A stretch of 64,000 bases of DNA, taken from Styela clava. Its lineage: Eukaryota. The stretch spans positions 13,516,001 to 13,580,000 of the forward strand of contig NC_135262.1 in the NCBI RefSeq assembly GCF_964204865.1. The letters run 5' to 3'. A program made the position numbers and the translations under genes. Positions 39,020 to 52,800 of this stretch are shown in pieces. The first letter of the stretch is position 1, and each line of letters opens with the position of its first letter. The notes under the pieces are model-generated. The model made no database searches and was not told where the DNA came from. It was given only the letters and a program-made list of their open reading frames with translations.

Positions 39020-42000
39020 CTAATCCCTAAACTTTGCTGGAACTTGTGTAGTTCTTCCTGACTTGGTTGTCTGAGCTTTTGGTATAAATCCAGTATTTCT
39101 ATCCATTGTAGGTTGAGGTTCTTTATGTGTCTCTTCTGCTTTTATTTCTTTTTCCTGATTTTGTACTTCTTCAGGAGTTGTACTGTTCTTTAGATTATTA
39201 TCAATCACTGGAGCTTGTGTATAATAAAATGATTTCAATTCAAATTTCTTTTCATTATACTTTGAATTATTTGCAGCAATTCTTGGTTTTAGGTGTTCAC
39301 GAGTTCTCCTATATAATTTGGAATTCAATAGAACTGTGTAGGTTCTTGGCTCTCTAACAGGATTTGGTATATTTTCAATTTTTCCTGGCTCCCATATTCT
39401 TCTAAGATCATTCCACACATATACATCTTCATTTTTCGACAGTGGTCTTCTGTCAATGGAAGCTTTTCGATCATAAAATTCTTTTTGTTTCACCTGTTTA
39501 TTTTCATTAATCTCTTGCTGCTTTTCAAGCTCTGTACTTTTCGATTGTAAAGACCTTCATTCATAGGCATAAATGTTCTTGGTCTTCTACCAAATAACAA
39601 TTCAAATGGTGATGGTGTTTGATAATCAAGTGGTGTGACTCGATAAATCCATAAGCTTGATTCCAGAGATTTCCCCTCTTCTTTGGCTTTTTTCCATAAT
39701 GATTTACAAGTGCCAATAGCTCTTTCTGCAAGACTATTTGCTTGGTGATGATAAGGTGAACTGAAGGTCATTGTAATTCCATTAGCATCACATTTTCCTC
39801 TGAACAATTGACTCACATATTGAGATCCAAAATCTGCTAGTATTGTGGAACATAAACCATATTCTGCAAGTACATTTGAAAATTGTTCACATACTGATTC
39901 AGCTGTCATATCTTGCAGTTTTCTCACAACTGGAAATCTTGAAAAGTAATCCACAATCATTAAATACTTCTTGCCTTGGAATTCAAAAATATCTGTTCCA
40001 AGTTTTTCCCAGGGCCTTGAAGGTAAATCAGGTTTCATCATTGGCATTTTTGCTTGAGCAGAATGATATTTGTTACATAACTCACAACTCTTTACCATGT
40101 CAGTTACATTTTTGTAATTCCAGGCCAAAACACTGATTGTCTTGCCAGCAATAAACATTTAGTTTCACCTTGATGTCCACTGTGAAGAGCATTCAAAACT
40201 TGTGACCGTAGTTTGCTAGGTACAACTATTCGATTTCCTTTGACAATGAGGCCATTTTCAAGAACTAAATCACATCGAAAGTTCCAATAGTCCCATAACT
40301 CTTGTGGACATTGTTTTCTTTGATCAGGCCAACCCTTGTAAATAATTTCTTTCAACTTGTTACATACCATGTCTTCATCTGTCGCTTGTTTTATAACTTC
40401 CAAATTTATTGGTGGTGCTTCACTTGCCATGAAGTGTATTTTATATTGCTCGCTATTCTTCTCTTTTTCATTTTCAATCACTCTTGACAATGCATCAGCA
40501 ACAGGTATTTTTATTCCTTGCTTGTACTTGACTGTGACATCAAATTTTAAACATTTTAGCAATAACCGTTGCAGTCTTGCTGGAGCGTCAACAATATTTT
40601 TCTTGAATATTTGTTCTAGTGGAGAGTGATCTGTTTCAACAATTACATGTCGTCCATATAGATAATATTCAAATTTCTCCAGACCATAAGCAACTGCTAA
40701 ACATTCTCTTTCTATGTTAGAATATCTGCTTTCAGCATCTGTGAGTGCTCTTGATCCCATTGCAACTATATTTTCTTCACCATTGCAATCAATTTGTCTA
40801 ATCCAGGCCCCAAGACCTTTTAAACTTGCATCACATTGCAAAATTGTAGTTGTGTTTGGGTTAGGGTCATAATATGATAAAATTCTCACTGTACAAAGTT
40901 CAGCTTTTATTCTATCCAAACCATGTTGATGTTCAGACTCCCAAACAAATTGTACACTTTTCTTTGTCAATCTTCTCAGCGGTGCTGATAATTCTGCAAT
41001 TTCCGTTGAAAATCTGTTGAGATATGTTATCATTCCAAGGATGGTGAGCAATTCCTTTGCATTTTCCGGTGATTTTATATTCTTTATCACTCTCAATTTA
41101 TCCTCAGATGGTTGTATTCCTTTATCTGACAAGGAATGTCCATAGAATTCAACTTTTCTCTGCTTGAACTGCAATTTCTCACTATTCAGTCCAATATTAT
41201 TTTTTCTGCATTCATTCAACATTTTTATGAATGATTTGTCATGTTCTTCTGGTGTTTCACCATACACGATTATATCGTCGGCTATACCAGTCACATTGGG
41301 GATATTTTGAAATATATCATCCAGCTTCTTCTGGAATATATCCTGGGAAACACATGTGCCAAATGCGAGTCGCTTAAATCTATGTCTTCCAAAAGGTGTA
41401 TTGAATGTGCATAGTAGACTTGACTCGTCGTCTAGCTCTACATGCCAAAATCCCTTTTTTGTATCGACAACAGAGAAATATTTCTTCGCATGCAATTTTG
41501 GCAAGATTTCATCGATTGTTCGACTGTAATAATGTTCCCTCTTTATATTTTTATTTAGGTCCTTTGGGTCTAAGCATAGGCGTACCTTTTGTTTTCCATC
41601 ACTTGTCTTTGTGACGTTGCACACAATTGAGTTTACCCAGTCAGTAGGCTGTGTAACTGGTTCTACCACATCATTTGCAATCATATTTTCCAACTCCTTT
41701 TTGTACAAAGGTAAAATGTGTACAGGCACTGTTCGAGGTGGATGTACAACTGGTTGTGCATTATCTTTTAACTGAATGTGGTATCTATCATGTGGAAAAC
41801 GACCAATCTTGTCAAAACAATCCTTATATTCATCAAGCAATTGACTTTTCGTGAGAATTCCTTTCTCAGCAGCTTCTTGACAAGAATTTTCTGTATTACA
41901 CGGATTCACTTTTTTCTGCTTTCCGCTCTCAATATCATGGATATTTACTGTTATTACACCCAATTCTTGCGACTGCTTGCATCCAAGAACTGATGGGCTT

Positions 42001-43220
42001 CCATTACCTTCAACTATAATGAAATTAATCCACATTGATTTTCCATTGAAAGTAACTTTTATCTTTGCTTGTCCAAATGTTTTTATTCTTCCACCGCCAT
42101 ACTTATGTAGTATGCAGCTATTGTCTTTTACATGGAGCTTTATATCCAAGCGTCGTAAATCATCTCTCGTGATTGTACATATATCTGCTCCTGTATCAAT
42201 TTTTAGTTTTACATTGAATTTGTCATTCAACTTCACTTGGACAAATATTTTCTCTTTGACAGGGACTGATCCGCTTCGTGAAATCATACCATTCACTATA
42301 CTGTGTTGTCTATGCAACTTATTTGAGCTTATGCACCCAATATTCCCCGTTTCGTCTTCGCTTGATCCACCATCATCAATGTAATGGCTATCAAATTTAT
42401 CCACTACTTCGTGTAGCTTATGTCTTTCTCTTTGCATTATGCGGCAAACTCTTTTGAAGTGCCCGATTCGCCCACAGTGATTACATCGTACTCCTGCTGC
42501 AGGGCAATCATCATATCTGTAGTGTCTTCCACCGCATTTTTGACATCTATCTGCACTGGACTTATTTTCATCCTTCATGCTTGGCTTACTGTGTCTTTGA
42601 AACACTGACTTGTTGTTGGATTTTCTATATGCTGGTTGTCTCTTCATTGCATGTAAATCATTGGTTGTGTTATTTGTTGTAATAATCTCCATTTGTGCTT
42701 TGGTACTTTCCTCTGTTTTAGCAAGATCATAAATTTGTTTGAATGTCAACATATTACCCAAAGCAATTGCATCTTTACGCACTTTGTCAGAATTTAAACC
42801 AAAAACCAATGTATCTCGTAGTGTTTCATCTACTGCAGTTGCAGCATAACCACTTTCATCAATGAGAGATCGTGCTTTAGTGACAAACTCTTCTAGAGAT
42901 GTGTCACCTTGTTTCAAACTTCGCAATTGAAAACGAGCTAGTATCTGGTTACTTTGCGGTTTAGTATAGGCTTCAAGCTTTTCCAATACTCTTGCCAACT
43001 TCATGTTATCACCCTCCTCTGTCCAAACAGATGTATTGTAAATTTCAAGACCTTTATCATTGATCCAGAGTAATAACATTCTCACCTTGTAGGCTTCCGG
43101 TTTATCAGCAAGTGGCCCGTCGAAGATAAGGTCGCACTTCTGTTTGAATAACTTAAACCGCTTATGCATATCGCCTGCACTCGTCCAGTCCATCTCCGGT
43201 GTTTTAAATTTATCCGCCAT
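39020..43220 (-). CDS. gag-pol polyprotein, single ancestral ORF with two apparent 1-nt frameshifts (about 40110 and 39555)
   Basis: Two gag Zn knuckles (CQKCGGRHYRYDDC, CNHCGRIGHFKRVC); protease KIDTGAD; RT LCLDPKDLN, FWHVEL, IADDIIVYG; RNase H CDAS, YSNIERECLA, TDHSPL; integrase HSGH...CELC, GTDIF, ADFGSQY, AERAIG. ORF pieces 40104-43220, 39490-40158 and 39020-39493 join by adding one base at each break. Confidence 0.93.
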
Positions 43221-43296
43221 TATGCTTTGTTAAGGCAAAATAGGCTCACCGGTACGAAGTTTTAATCCAGCGTTGGTTTTCACGGAAGTGAATTAT

Positions 43297-43315
43297 AATC
43301 CCACTTCTGACACCA
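43297..43315 (-). other. Primer-binding site complementary to tRNA-Leu
   Basis: Minus strand TGGTGTCAGAAGTGGGATT directly after the 5' LTR; plus strand AATCCCACTTCTGACACCA equals the conserved 3' end of metazoan tRNA-Leu(CAA/CAG) with CCA. Confidence 0.88.
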
Positions 43316-43593
43316 TGTTATAGTTCTCCTTGTTGATGGCAACTATAATTATTATTATTGAGGCACCTTACTTCCCAACCATCCACACCAACAATCAGCT
43401 CATATATTCAAGTATTCACATTTACTTCTAACACAGCACAGCATCCAATTTACGTGTTACTCCTAGAACAGCGAAACGAAGACACCCCGTAAACAAGATA
43501 TTCATGCGCCACAACATACTTAAAGAAAATAGGGCACGCATGAAAAGTCATTAGAGCATAACAATAATACAATATTATACCTATTGTATGACA
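43316..43593 (-). repeat. 5' LTR
   Basis: Identical by eye to 38684-38961. Confidence 0.97.
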
Positions 43594-43635
43594 GGGACAT
43601 GCTCCACTGGGCACAATTCGACAGTGTTTGATCCA

Positions 43636-45460
43636 TTAATTGCTTAGGGGCTTAGAGATCTGTTATGTTTTGTATAATATAAGGGTATCTTTTGGCCCAT
43701 GGCCCAATATGAAAAATATTCGAGAATCAAAAATATTTCCAGATTCTGATTCGAAAAAGGGAGTAATTTAATCTATTTACGGAATTTTTTAGAATATATC
43801 TGAAATATTTCGGTTGAACATTGATTTAAAAAATAATAAAACTCCAAATTTGAAGTCCCCCGTTCTTTAGATGATGGTGCTTATTCTTTGCTTATTTTCA
43901 AGTGCATGCTTCGTTAAATTTAACTGAATTACCCATTGTGCCCAGGGTCTGTCCGAATGTGCCTCACAAGTGGGGTACAGTGAGACACTAGACAAACGTT
44001 TGAATTTATGAATAAATTTGTTTCATTTCTTCGTACTATTATCGCGATGCAAACATGCAGTTGGCGAAGGTGAAATAAAAAAATCACATCATCCAACTGA
44101 CACAAATGGAACACATCGCTATTATGAACAATATTAATAAATAAACTCTCTTCTAAATCTAAAAAATGCGAAATTCTCGCGCCTCAGTTCACAGACTGCA
44201 CGTGGAATTGTGTGTTAGAAACGAGCTTGCCTCCCGCATCCACGTTTACTCCATGCAGGGCTGCGATCTCGTGATGTAAAAAGGTCGCACACTGGAGAAG
44301 TTAACAACGTGCAACAGAAATGTTTTAAGCCACGACACATTTCCGCTAATATATAACACAGTTACACAGTAGAAGTTAATTCCGATCCTGTAATTTGAAG
44401 AAGTTATTGACCGAATAAATGAACTAGTGTTACAGACAGTTTTGGCGTTTCTCGAGGAAGCCTTTGCTGTTGACAATTTTTAGCTAATTTGTAACACCGT
44501 ATAACTGAAAATTCAATCACGGGCGGTTCGGCCCGATGTAAATGCTTAATAACCAGCTCTATACCTAATATAACATTGTAAATCTGTACAAATATGGTAT
44601 AAAATTTTACCACACGATGATGTCTTGCTGTTTTGTACGTAAGTCGATTTCACGTCACCCGGGGCGTTTTTACGCGATCAACGTCAATGTTATTTATTTC
44701 ACGTGCTGTCACATGATTAGCCAGCGAGTCTTAAGTTATGTTATTGGATACGTGAGTGGACCTATGGATCGTTTTGGTATTATGTTGTTGTTTTTGTTGA
44801 TATTCTTCTCCTTCGTAATGATAAAATCGCTTTTCTCTTCGAATACTGGACCAATTGCTTCGAAATATTTAGTGGTTAAAGATTTTTTTTTTTTGCCAGA
44901 AGGCTATTACTTTTATCTATTCCAAATTTTCTATGAATCTTATAAGATCTAATATTTCATTCAAAATTGCGCTGTATTACTTAATTAGGGGAACACGGTT
45001 TTTAATCCGCCAAGCGTGACGGCTGACTGTGCATATTCTTGCGTCTGGAAACTCGGAAGTTTTATGAGGGTACGGTACCGGCTGGGTACCGGTAACGTCA
45101 AAAGTAAGGACTGCTTCGCTCGGGTCTACGTGTCCATATATTTGAGCGTTTCTCTCTTGTAAATATAATATATTTTGATGATAAAATTTATTCATTGATT
45201 GATTCATAAATATTTATCCAAATACGATAATACGCACAAAACAATTTACAGTATATGTGCATTGGTATTACAAATGACATGTTATTATATTCCTCGATCG
45301 CCTATTTCTGTATTTCATCTTTTTAATTCCTCATTAAAAAATTTATAATTGTGTCTATTATTTTTATGTGATAGAAGATTATAAGACGACGTCATATGCT
45401 CGAAATGTCACCGTTTTCTGTTTCTAAAATGATCTTACTTTCTTTAAGATAAAGTATCAC
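43636..45460 (-). CDS. Putative small spliced gene of unknown function (start not found)
   Basis: GC-richer AG..GT-bounded blocks 45439-45460, 44981-45155, 44250-44345, 43933-43987 and 43636-43659 join in phase into about 120 codons; no recognisable domain. Confidence 0.3.
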
Positions 45461-45705
45461 CTGACGGAGTGGGTTAAAAAAGGTTTATCAAAACGTCCTA
45501 AAACGCCACGCCCATTTTTTTTCTTTTAGAACGGTAAAACACATTATGATCGTTATCTGGTGAATTTTCAACAACATGCCTAACACAGAACTATTGCCGA
45601 GGCGAGCTACTTCGACAGTTGATGACTTCTGACACGGTTCCTAGTTCTGAACTTCTCGACGAAGACGCAAAAATTCCAGCAAATAAAATGGCGTAGGCCG
45701 TAGAT

Positions 45706-46840
45706 CAGGCCTGCCCAACCTTTTTCGTCTCGCGGGCCACTTTCACATAACGAAATTCTTTGCGGGCCGCAAACGTTTGTAACAAACTTTAATAATAGCC
45801 AAGTCCCGATTTCGTTAGAATTTACATAATACATAAAAGGCAAAATTATTACGGTAACATAAAATCAATCAAGTTAATAAATATTTTCTGGTTACTGATT
45901 AGTGCTGGCAAAATATAATATCAGCAATTTACTATTCGAATATCTGTTAACATGGGGCGTGGACATGACATTCGCGAGTCGCTCAATCAAAAGATCAATC
46001 ATTACACAACGCACTTGTGGATTTCTGACGGCCACACGAGAATCTGAACACAGTTTTCACTAACAAACAAAGACGTCAAAATTGAGTCTTATATTTGAGT
46101 CATGGTGTTTTTTATTTATTTATTTTCATTGGCTATGATATTTGAGCGTAATGTGCGCCAATGTCGCCGAAACATCAAATTTTAGTGGGCCGTTTCGTAA
46201 AATTTGAACTTCAATACAAGTATTTAATGAAGAAACATTACAAAGATTTCTGGACAAATATATATACTAATTTGAATGGTAAAATTGCCATTTAGGTCAA
46301 TTTTATCAGAATTATTGACGGATACGCAGTGACGATATTTCCAAATTGTTATTTACCGCAAACATAACATACACAAAAATACAAACATAAAAGAACAACG
46401 TGTCCCGGAGCCAGGAGCAAAGATATTGTTGACTTTTTATTTTACGTCGGCGATAAAGATGATCAAAGCCAGAGTGAAACTAATTTGGAAATTTAGGTTC
46501 CAAATTCATTCCTATAATTGCGCTCAACTTTTGTTGCCAATGATCGCACAATCAAGCTCGTCGAACAAAACGCACAGTTCTGCGAGAAATAATTTTTTTT
46601 TAACGTCGATGTCCATCAGGGCGCAGGACTTGATACATACATAACAATAAGAATCGGCATCAGGATGTAGATAAATGGATGGAATAATCACACCAAAACC
46701 ACGAAACAAACTTTTGCCTATATAACACAGTAAAAATTCAAAAAGTCTGCGTACAAAATTTATAGGGCGGGCCGCAAAAAACAGTCCGGCGGGCCGCATG
46801 CGCCCGCGGGCCGCATGCGCCCGCGGGCCGCGCACCCTTG
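45706..46840. mobile_element. hAT non-autonomous element (~1.1 kb)
   Basis: Perfect 8-bp TSD CCGTAGAT; termini CAGGCCTGCCCAAC / GCGCACCCTTG; tandem GCGGGCCGCATGCGCCC subterminal repeats at 46767-46835. Confidence 0.85.
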
Positions 46841-49800
46841 CCGTAGATGGTTTTCCAAGGAAATGAATAACAGATGAATGTCAGAGGTTGACATAAACAC
46901 GCAGTTCTTTTTCAACAGTTTCTGGCGTTTTTCTCACGCTGTTTGTTTTTCATATAGGCTATATATCCATGGTGTCAAACTGTCAAGAGTAATGGCTACA
47001 ACGTCCGTTAAGAATAGCCCTGGCAAACTGCCGACAACTGACCGATCCTACTCGCTGAATTTCTGTTATGATGTCATAAAACCTCAAAGAGAGATTCTAG
47101 AATTGTTGTTCGCACACCTAATTCTTATTATCATCGGCATGTTTAGAATTTGTGACTATATGATATCATTGTTGAAACCCGCTCGTCGTGTGTAATATCT
47201 GCCATTTCGTGTTTTGTTTCTTCGTTTGTCAATCGTCATTTGTTTCATGGCAATGGGCGAGTTTCGTGTAGGTAGAATATCCACTTAGGCATAAGTAATA
47301 TGTGATACCATGCGCAACAGAATTAAAAACTCGCCACAGCAGCGATATAAAGTTAAAACTCGGCCACGACTTGCTGCCGTGTGTTTGACGATTCATACTG
47401 CATAAAGACTGGCTAGCATACCTACTGCTAAGCAATACATATCTGCTTAAGCTTAGCTAAAATACTGTGTCATCTCAAACTTTGCAATGCCTATTTGACT
47501 CCATACAGATAGCATACGGCATTCGTGTTACAAATGTTTACGACACGAGACTTTGAGCTTGTTAGCCAACGTCTAAACTGCCTCCGTTCCGTCCTTCAAT
47601 TATCTCTTAAACAAAAACAAACATCGGGTTCACTGACGCCGAATATCAATTTCTCACGACATTACAAGCAATTACACTAGTATATAAATATATATAATGG
47701 TATATATATATACCTTTAATATTTCGTTTTATCTGAGAAATTGCCAGTAGAAATTCTGTACGGCTGCTGAGAACATAAAGGTTGATTTTGGCCCTCGGGA
47801 TGAAAAAGGTTGTGATCACTGCTAAAAGACATTGTACGCACTACAGCATTAAAAATTCATTCATGTTTGTGGAAATTCCCAAGTCAATGTGAATAGAAAC
47901 CTCGTATTTTTTTAAATGTATTCAATTGCTAGCAATGGCGGGCCACGATTACCACGCATTGTTGCTGGAAATGATTTTATTATGAGTCGCGAATAATGCA
48001 GTATAATCTAAGTCGCCTTTTCAATTATTTATGATTTCAACGCAGTGCTTCGGTTAATGACTCAGTATTAGTTTCTCTGTGTTCGGATCGAAACTAAGAA
48101 ACACATCAAGCAGAACGTCAAACGCCAAAGCACGCATCTGCCTTTTCTAGGCCTACAACTAATAAGCAAACATTCTTATATTTGTATATCTTGCAAAGCA
48201 TTGGAAGTTGGAATCATTTGTACTCTGCTAATAAATTAATCTGGCTATTTTGAAGGGTTCGATATGTAGGACGTATTGTCTAATTGGAAGGATGACACTA
48301 ATTCAGTTAATTGTGCAAAACAGCAATGCATTTTCACACCAAAAGCCCCTTTTACGAAATTATAATGAATATTACTGACTTGTACTTGCCAAATATCACC
48401 CTTGCGTAATGATCCGTTTGGCGATGCTAACAGGTATCCAAAAACAACCCCTTCTAAAAGTTTTCGCGAACTTCAGATATATATATGAGCAGGTATTTCC
48501 TAATCATAGCATTTGCGATTTTTATATAATAATCAGTATTAATTCAAATATTTGTGATACATCGGTTACCAATACTACGGAATACGACATTGTCACATTT
48601 TTCGAGTTAGATTCCGTCTTATTTAACAATGAAATTCTTTCAGTATGGCCACAAGCGCTAACGCGTAAATAAAGGGGCAACTGAAGTGCCGAAAGGTACT
48701 GAGACTATATAAAATTATGGCGGTTTATTTTGTGTTGGTAAAACCCCATTGACGCGGGATTTGAAAGGGTTCAAATCAATATGTGGTAGTGAATTCGACT
48801 GGCATAAAAGTATTTGTTTAGGGGTATACTAAGAGTGTTTGGACGACAGATCGAGGCCAACTGTGAGATGGCTGAAACCTATTTTGAAAGAACATGCTTC
48901 TAAAGTTCAGAAGAACCCAATTCGCTATAGTATCTGTGAAATGAGTACAGCGTTACAACATTTCGTCGATGGAAAAACATTTGCAGTTCCGACGCCAATC
49001 ATATTTTAATATTCTTTTTTATGATTTCGGTTTAGTACGGTCAACCATGACAGAAATACCCTAAGCATGGGCGTGCCAGTGATTTGTACAAACGTTATAT
49101 ATTCTTTTCAAGTTAAAATCGTAGATCTAGTGATTCCAACCAGACAAAATTTGGATAATTTGTGCAGAATTTTTTCTGACATTTAAGTTGGGGGTGTATT
49201 AAATTGTCAATGGTTGACAATTTAATAAACAAGGCTCGTTTTAATCTATTCCCCAAAGAAATAACCCAAACCGGAAGTAAGTCTGTTTCCAAAGGTTTAG
49301 CCAGTTCCAATCGGTGTCGTTTGTTAAACTTGACATCGACACAAGTCGTCGTCGCTCGTGCGTATAAATAAGTTAATTGCAAACAACATTGTCCGGAAAG
49401 TCATTGATAAATATTAAGAACAATGTAGGCCTTGTAATTGAGCCCTGAGCAACCCCTGAATAAATTGTGCATACCTTGGAGTGCTGACCATAATAAACGA
49501 CATTGATTTCGCGATCAGAAAAACTCAATCAAGCTCTCGAACTACCCAATTATCTTCGACACGCTGTTCTAATGCGCCATATTTGCTTTCAGTTATAACT
49601 GTCAACAAATCGGCGGAAGAATGTTTATGTCTAGGTGGGCAATAATGCCTGTGTTGATAAGTGATTCGAATAGTTTGCTAATGATTGGCGAAGGGAGTAG
49701 AGTTTGGCAATTGCGGGGGAGACCAGGCCAGGTGCTATCAAAACATCAACCAAATCAATGTCAGTACGTGCAGAATTTTCAGAAAGGTCATGTCAACTTG

Positions 49801-52800
49801 AAAAAGGACTGCAGTTGTTTAAAGATAATTTTACAAACAAATCCGCTTTATCCTTATACGTGTTTATGATACGGGTCATTAATAGGATTAGGAAGGCAGA
49901 CTTGCCGTTGCTTAAGTTACGACATTATTAATTCTCCTCCGAAAATTGCGAGCTCTAAATTTTTCAGTACAACAATACGGATTTTTGTTGACTTTGCTTT
50001 TTAGCCTTCCTTCATTCTTTTCAAGTATTTTTATCCATTTATTAAATGGTTGCGTTTTCGGGAGATGCATCCAGCACCGATAGCAGCGAAAATATTTTTT
50101 CCGAAAGCAGGAAAAAAATGATACACGCCAGGCATAAAAGGCGAATGTAATGAGTTGTCACATATCGATTTGGAAATGTGACAATATGCGAGAGGATTTG
50201 GGGAACGAAAAAATGTGTTTAAGTGCAATACGTTTGGTTAAGCCGAGAGCAATCGCATAGTTACGAATGTTTCAATTTTATATACGCGAACATCAAGCAC
50301 ATTTATTGGAATTTATGCTGCACAGTTGCAGCAATTCTCTAAATACGTGGTTGGTTTGGGAAGCGCTTATCATCTTCGGCATTTAATAATTAGAACAATA
50401 GCAATTCGTTTTCACATAGAAAGTTATTAAAGCGTAATACTCCCGCGGATATTTTAGGCTATACGTATTGGTATATTACAACAAAACTACGAAAGTGATA
50501 TTTCTTTGAATATATCTAGATACGTTCCTTCCTTTCCCACCCCCCGATTTTCGCCCGGAAAATATCACATGTATATCATATGAGAAAATAGATATCGCCG
50601 AAAGTCTCGAGTCAAAATTTGTAGGCCGGGACCTTTTAAAATATTTTCTGTTCGCTTGCACTATTGTCCTGTTTTGTTTATTTTTCAGAGGAAGGTGATC
50701 AAACATTGCAAAGTTTTCCACATTGACCTTTATATTCCAATCTTTTCCACAAAGCCGCACATGTTTAAAATGTTTCTAATGTTGTTTCGTAATATCAACC
50801 AAAAACCCCAGGTCCTGCAATCATGCTTTTTCAGAGAAGTATTTGGTGGAAATGCATTTTTTCCATTGAAGGAACTAGTGAACAGTCAGCCATCCTACTG
50901 TAAAATAAAAGAGTCACGTGGTTAGAAAGTTTTTGAATAGATGAGATATGGTAGCACTATCTTGATAAAATTTACCGTGTTACTACAGAATCAAGAGCGG
51001 GATACAAAAACCTGATAGAATTTGCATCCATGAGGACATCTATAAATTTTCCAATGTACTTTGTCTCGAAGAGATTTATCTATGTCATTCATTCGAAAAC
51101 CTGATCAATACTATAGCATTGCAGGAGCTCCATCTGTATATATTTAATAGCAAACCTATTCCAAAAAAATAACATTCTATTCATCACATCTTGAGGGGTG
51201 GCTGTGGTTTCCAGATGATTGCAACACAAAATCTTCTGTTTGATAACTTCCATAAATACATACCGTGCAAAAACCGAAATCTGCCATAACCAAAAAACGT
51301 AGGCGGGATTTTTATCCACAACTTGCTATTTTACTTCTTTTGACATATTTGAAATCCGCGTCCAAATTTTATATAGAGATGCCCATGGTTTGTCGTTATA
51401 TGTGAGCTGGGCTATAGTGGTTTTATTTTTCTATTTGATTTTTAACTTACGCAAAGTCTGCATAGCTCATGATCCCCCGAAATATTTTTGAACCCCGGCT
51501 GGGACGCACTGATCAAGAATAAATTCCCTTGTTTATCGACAATTAGGGCAGTCTACCTTTACACCTTTGTGACTTGGAACAGCGGAAATTTGCTGACTTG
51601 AGAAAGTGAAACAATGTCACCTGAGTAATGAATTCAATTTTGATCATATAACTACGTCGAGCATTCCATGCAAGGTCATATTTAGTTTACTAATTATAAA
51701 GATAAACAGCCAGGAGGCAAGAATGTTAATGATTTAGTATTATCCTCAAGATATTATATGTTCATTAATACTGTATATTCTATAAATGTAGTTTAACGAC
51801 AGCCGTACTATTCACTATGTGCGTGTGGGTAAAATAATAGCCAAATATTTGTGTCTGTTCGATTCATTTGCCGATCCGTTCACTTGCTAGAGAAGATTAT
51901 GAACAAATATTCTAGAAATAGTGTCGCTTACAAAAAAACGAGAATATTTTTTTTTGAAATGACATAGAAACAATCATTTTAATTTTTTATATTCCAATTT
52001 AATCAAAATGCGGTATTCTCCAAATGTACAGATTTCGTGTTTATTACTTATATATATCGATTATATCACACCAACATTTCTAATCTGTCAATTGACGCAA
52101 TTTAATAAAAGCAACAAAGAATATTTATTATTCTTTGTGTGTATGTTAAGAGACGGATTATATAGTTAAAAGCGTTGTTCGATATAAAAAATTGATTTTG
52201 CCAGGTATGTACGATTCGGATTCAATCGTATATTCCTTCTTACCTGCCTGACTTTGTACACTTATACATATATACTGTGTCGATTTGTATTTCCATAGAA
52301 TTATTAGATTGAATGCAAAGCGAAGCAATTTAATGCGACGGCCTCGTGCGAACTACGCGGTGGTTATTTTAGATTTAGACTATCTCGTGACGTGCGTGAT
52401 AGGAAGGCGTATAATATCAAATACAAAATGGCGTCTGTATCGCTTGGCACAATGTTTGCACGGTCGATCGACCGTGCTTGGCGCATACGCAACTATTTTT
52501 AATTTGTCTATTTGATGGACGGTGCCTTATTTGTCACTTTACGGAGAATTTTAATACTTCTCGTGATTGACTAGCACAGTAATAAACCGTATTGCAATGG
52601 TTGAAAAATATATTATGACTACTTTGTTCACATTTAGTAAGTAAATTGCTCTTATAAATCGGCTTGCTCAGGCATATTTTCGACAGAATTTGTTGGTATG
52701 TTTAGGATACTGTCGGCAGCGCCGCCTAGTGCTTTGTTACTGCTTCAACTAATGATCATCCTTCGAATAGTATCACGTATTCATGCTATTTTAATCCTTT

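Larger units (their letters stand above)
38684..43593 (-). mobile_element. Full-length Ty3/Gypsy LTR retrotransposon (Mag-like), 4910 bp
   Basis: Two 278-bp LTRs with TG...CA ends, identical by eye; 5-bp TSD GGGAC at 38679-38683 and 43594-43598; PBS and PPT present; domain order gag-PR-RT-RNaseH-IN; no env. Confidence 0.97.

Noticed and set aside
39127-42608. Plus-strand ORFs inside the LTR element (possible env or antisense gene)
   Set aside because: Short antisense shadows of gag-pol; the pol stop is only ~60 bp from the 3' LTR, leaving no room for env.
46524-46835. 103-aa minus-strand ORF
   Set aside because: Starts in the GC-rich subterminal repeats of the hAT element; not a credible gene.
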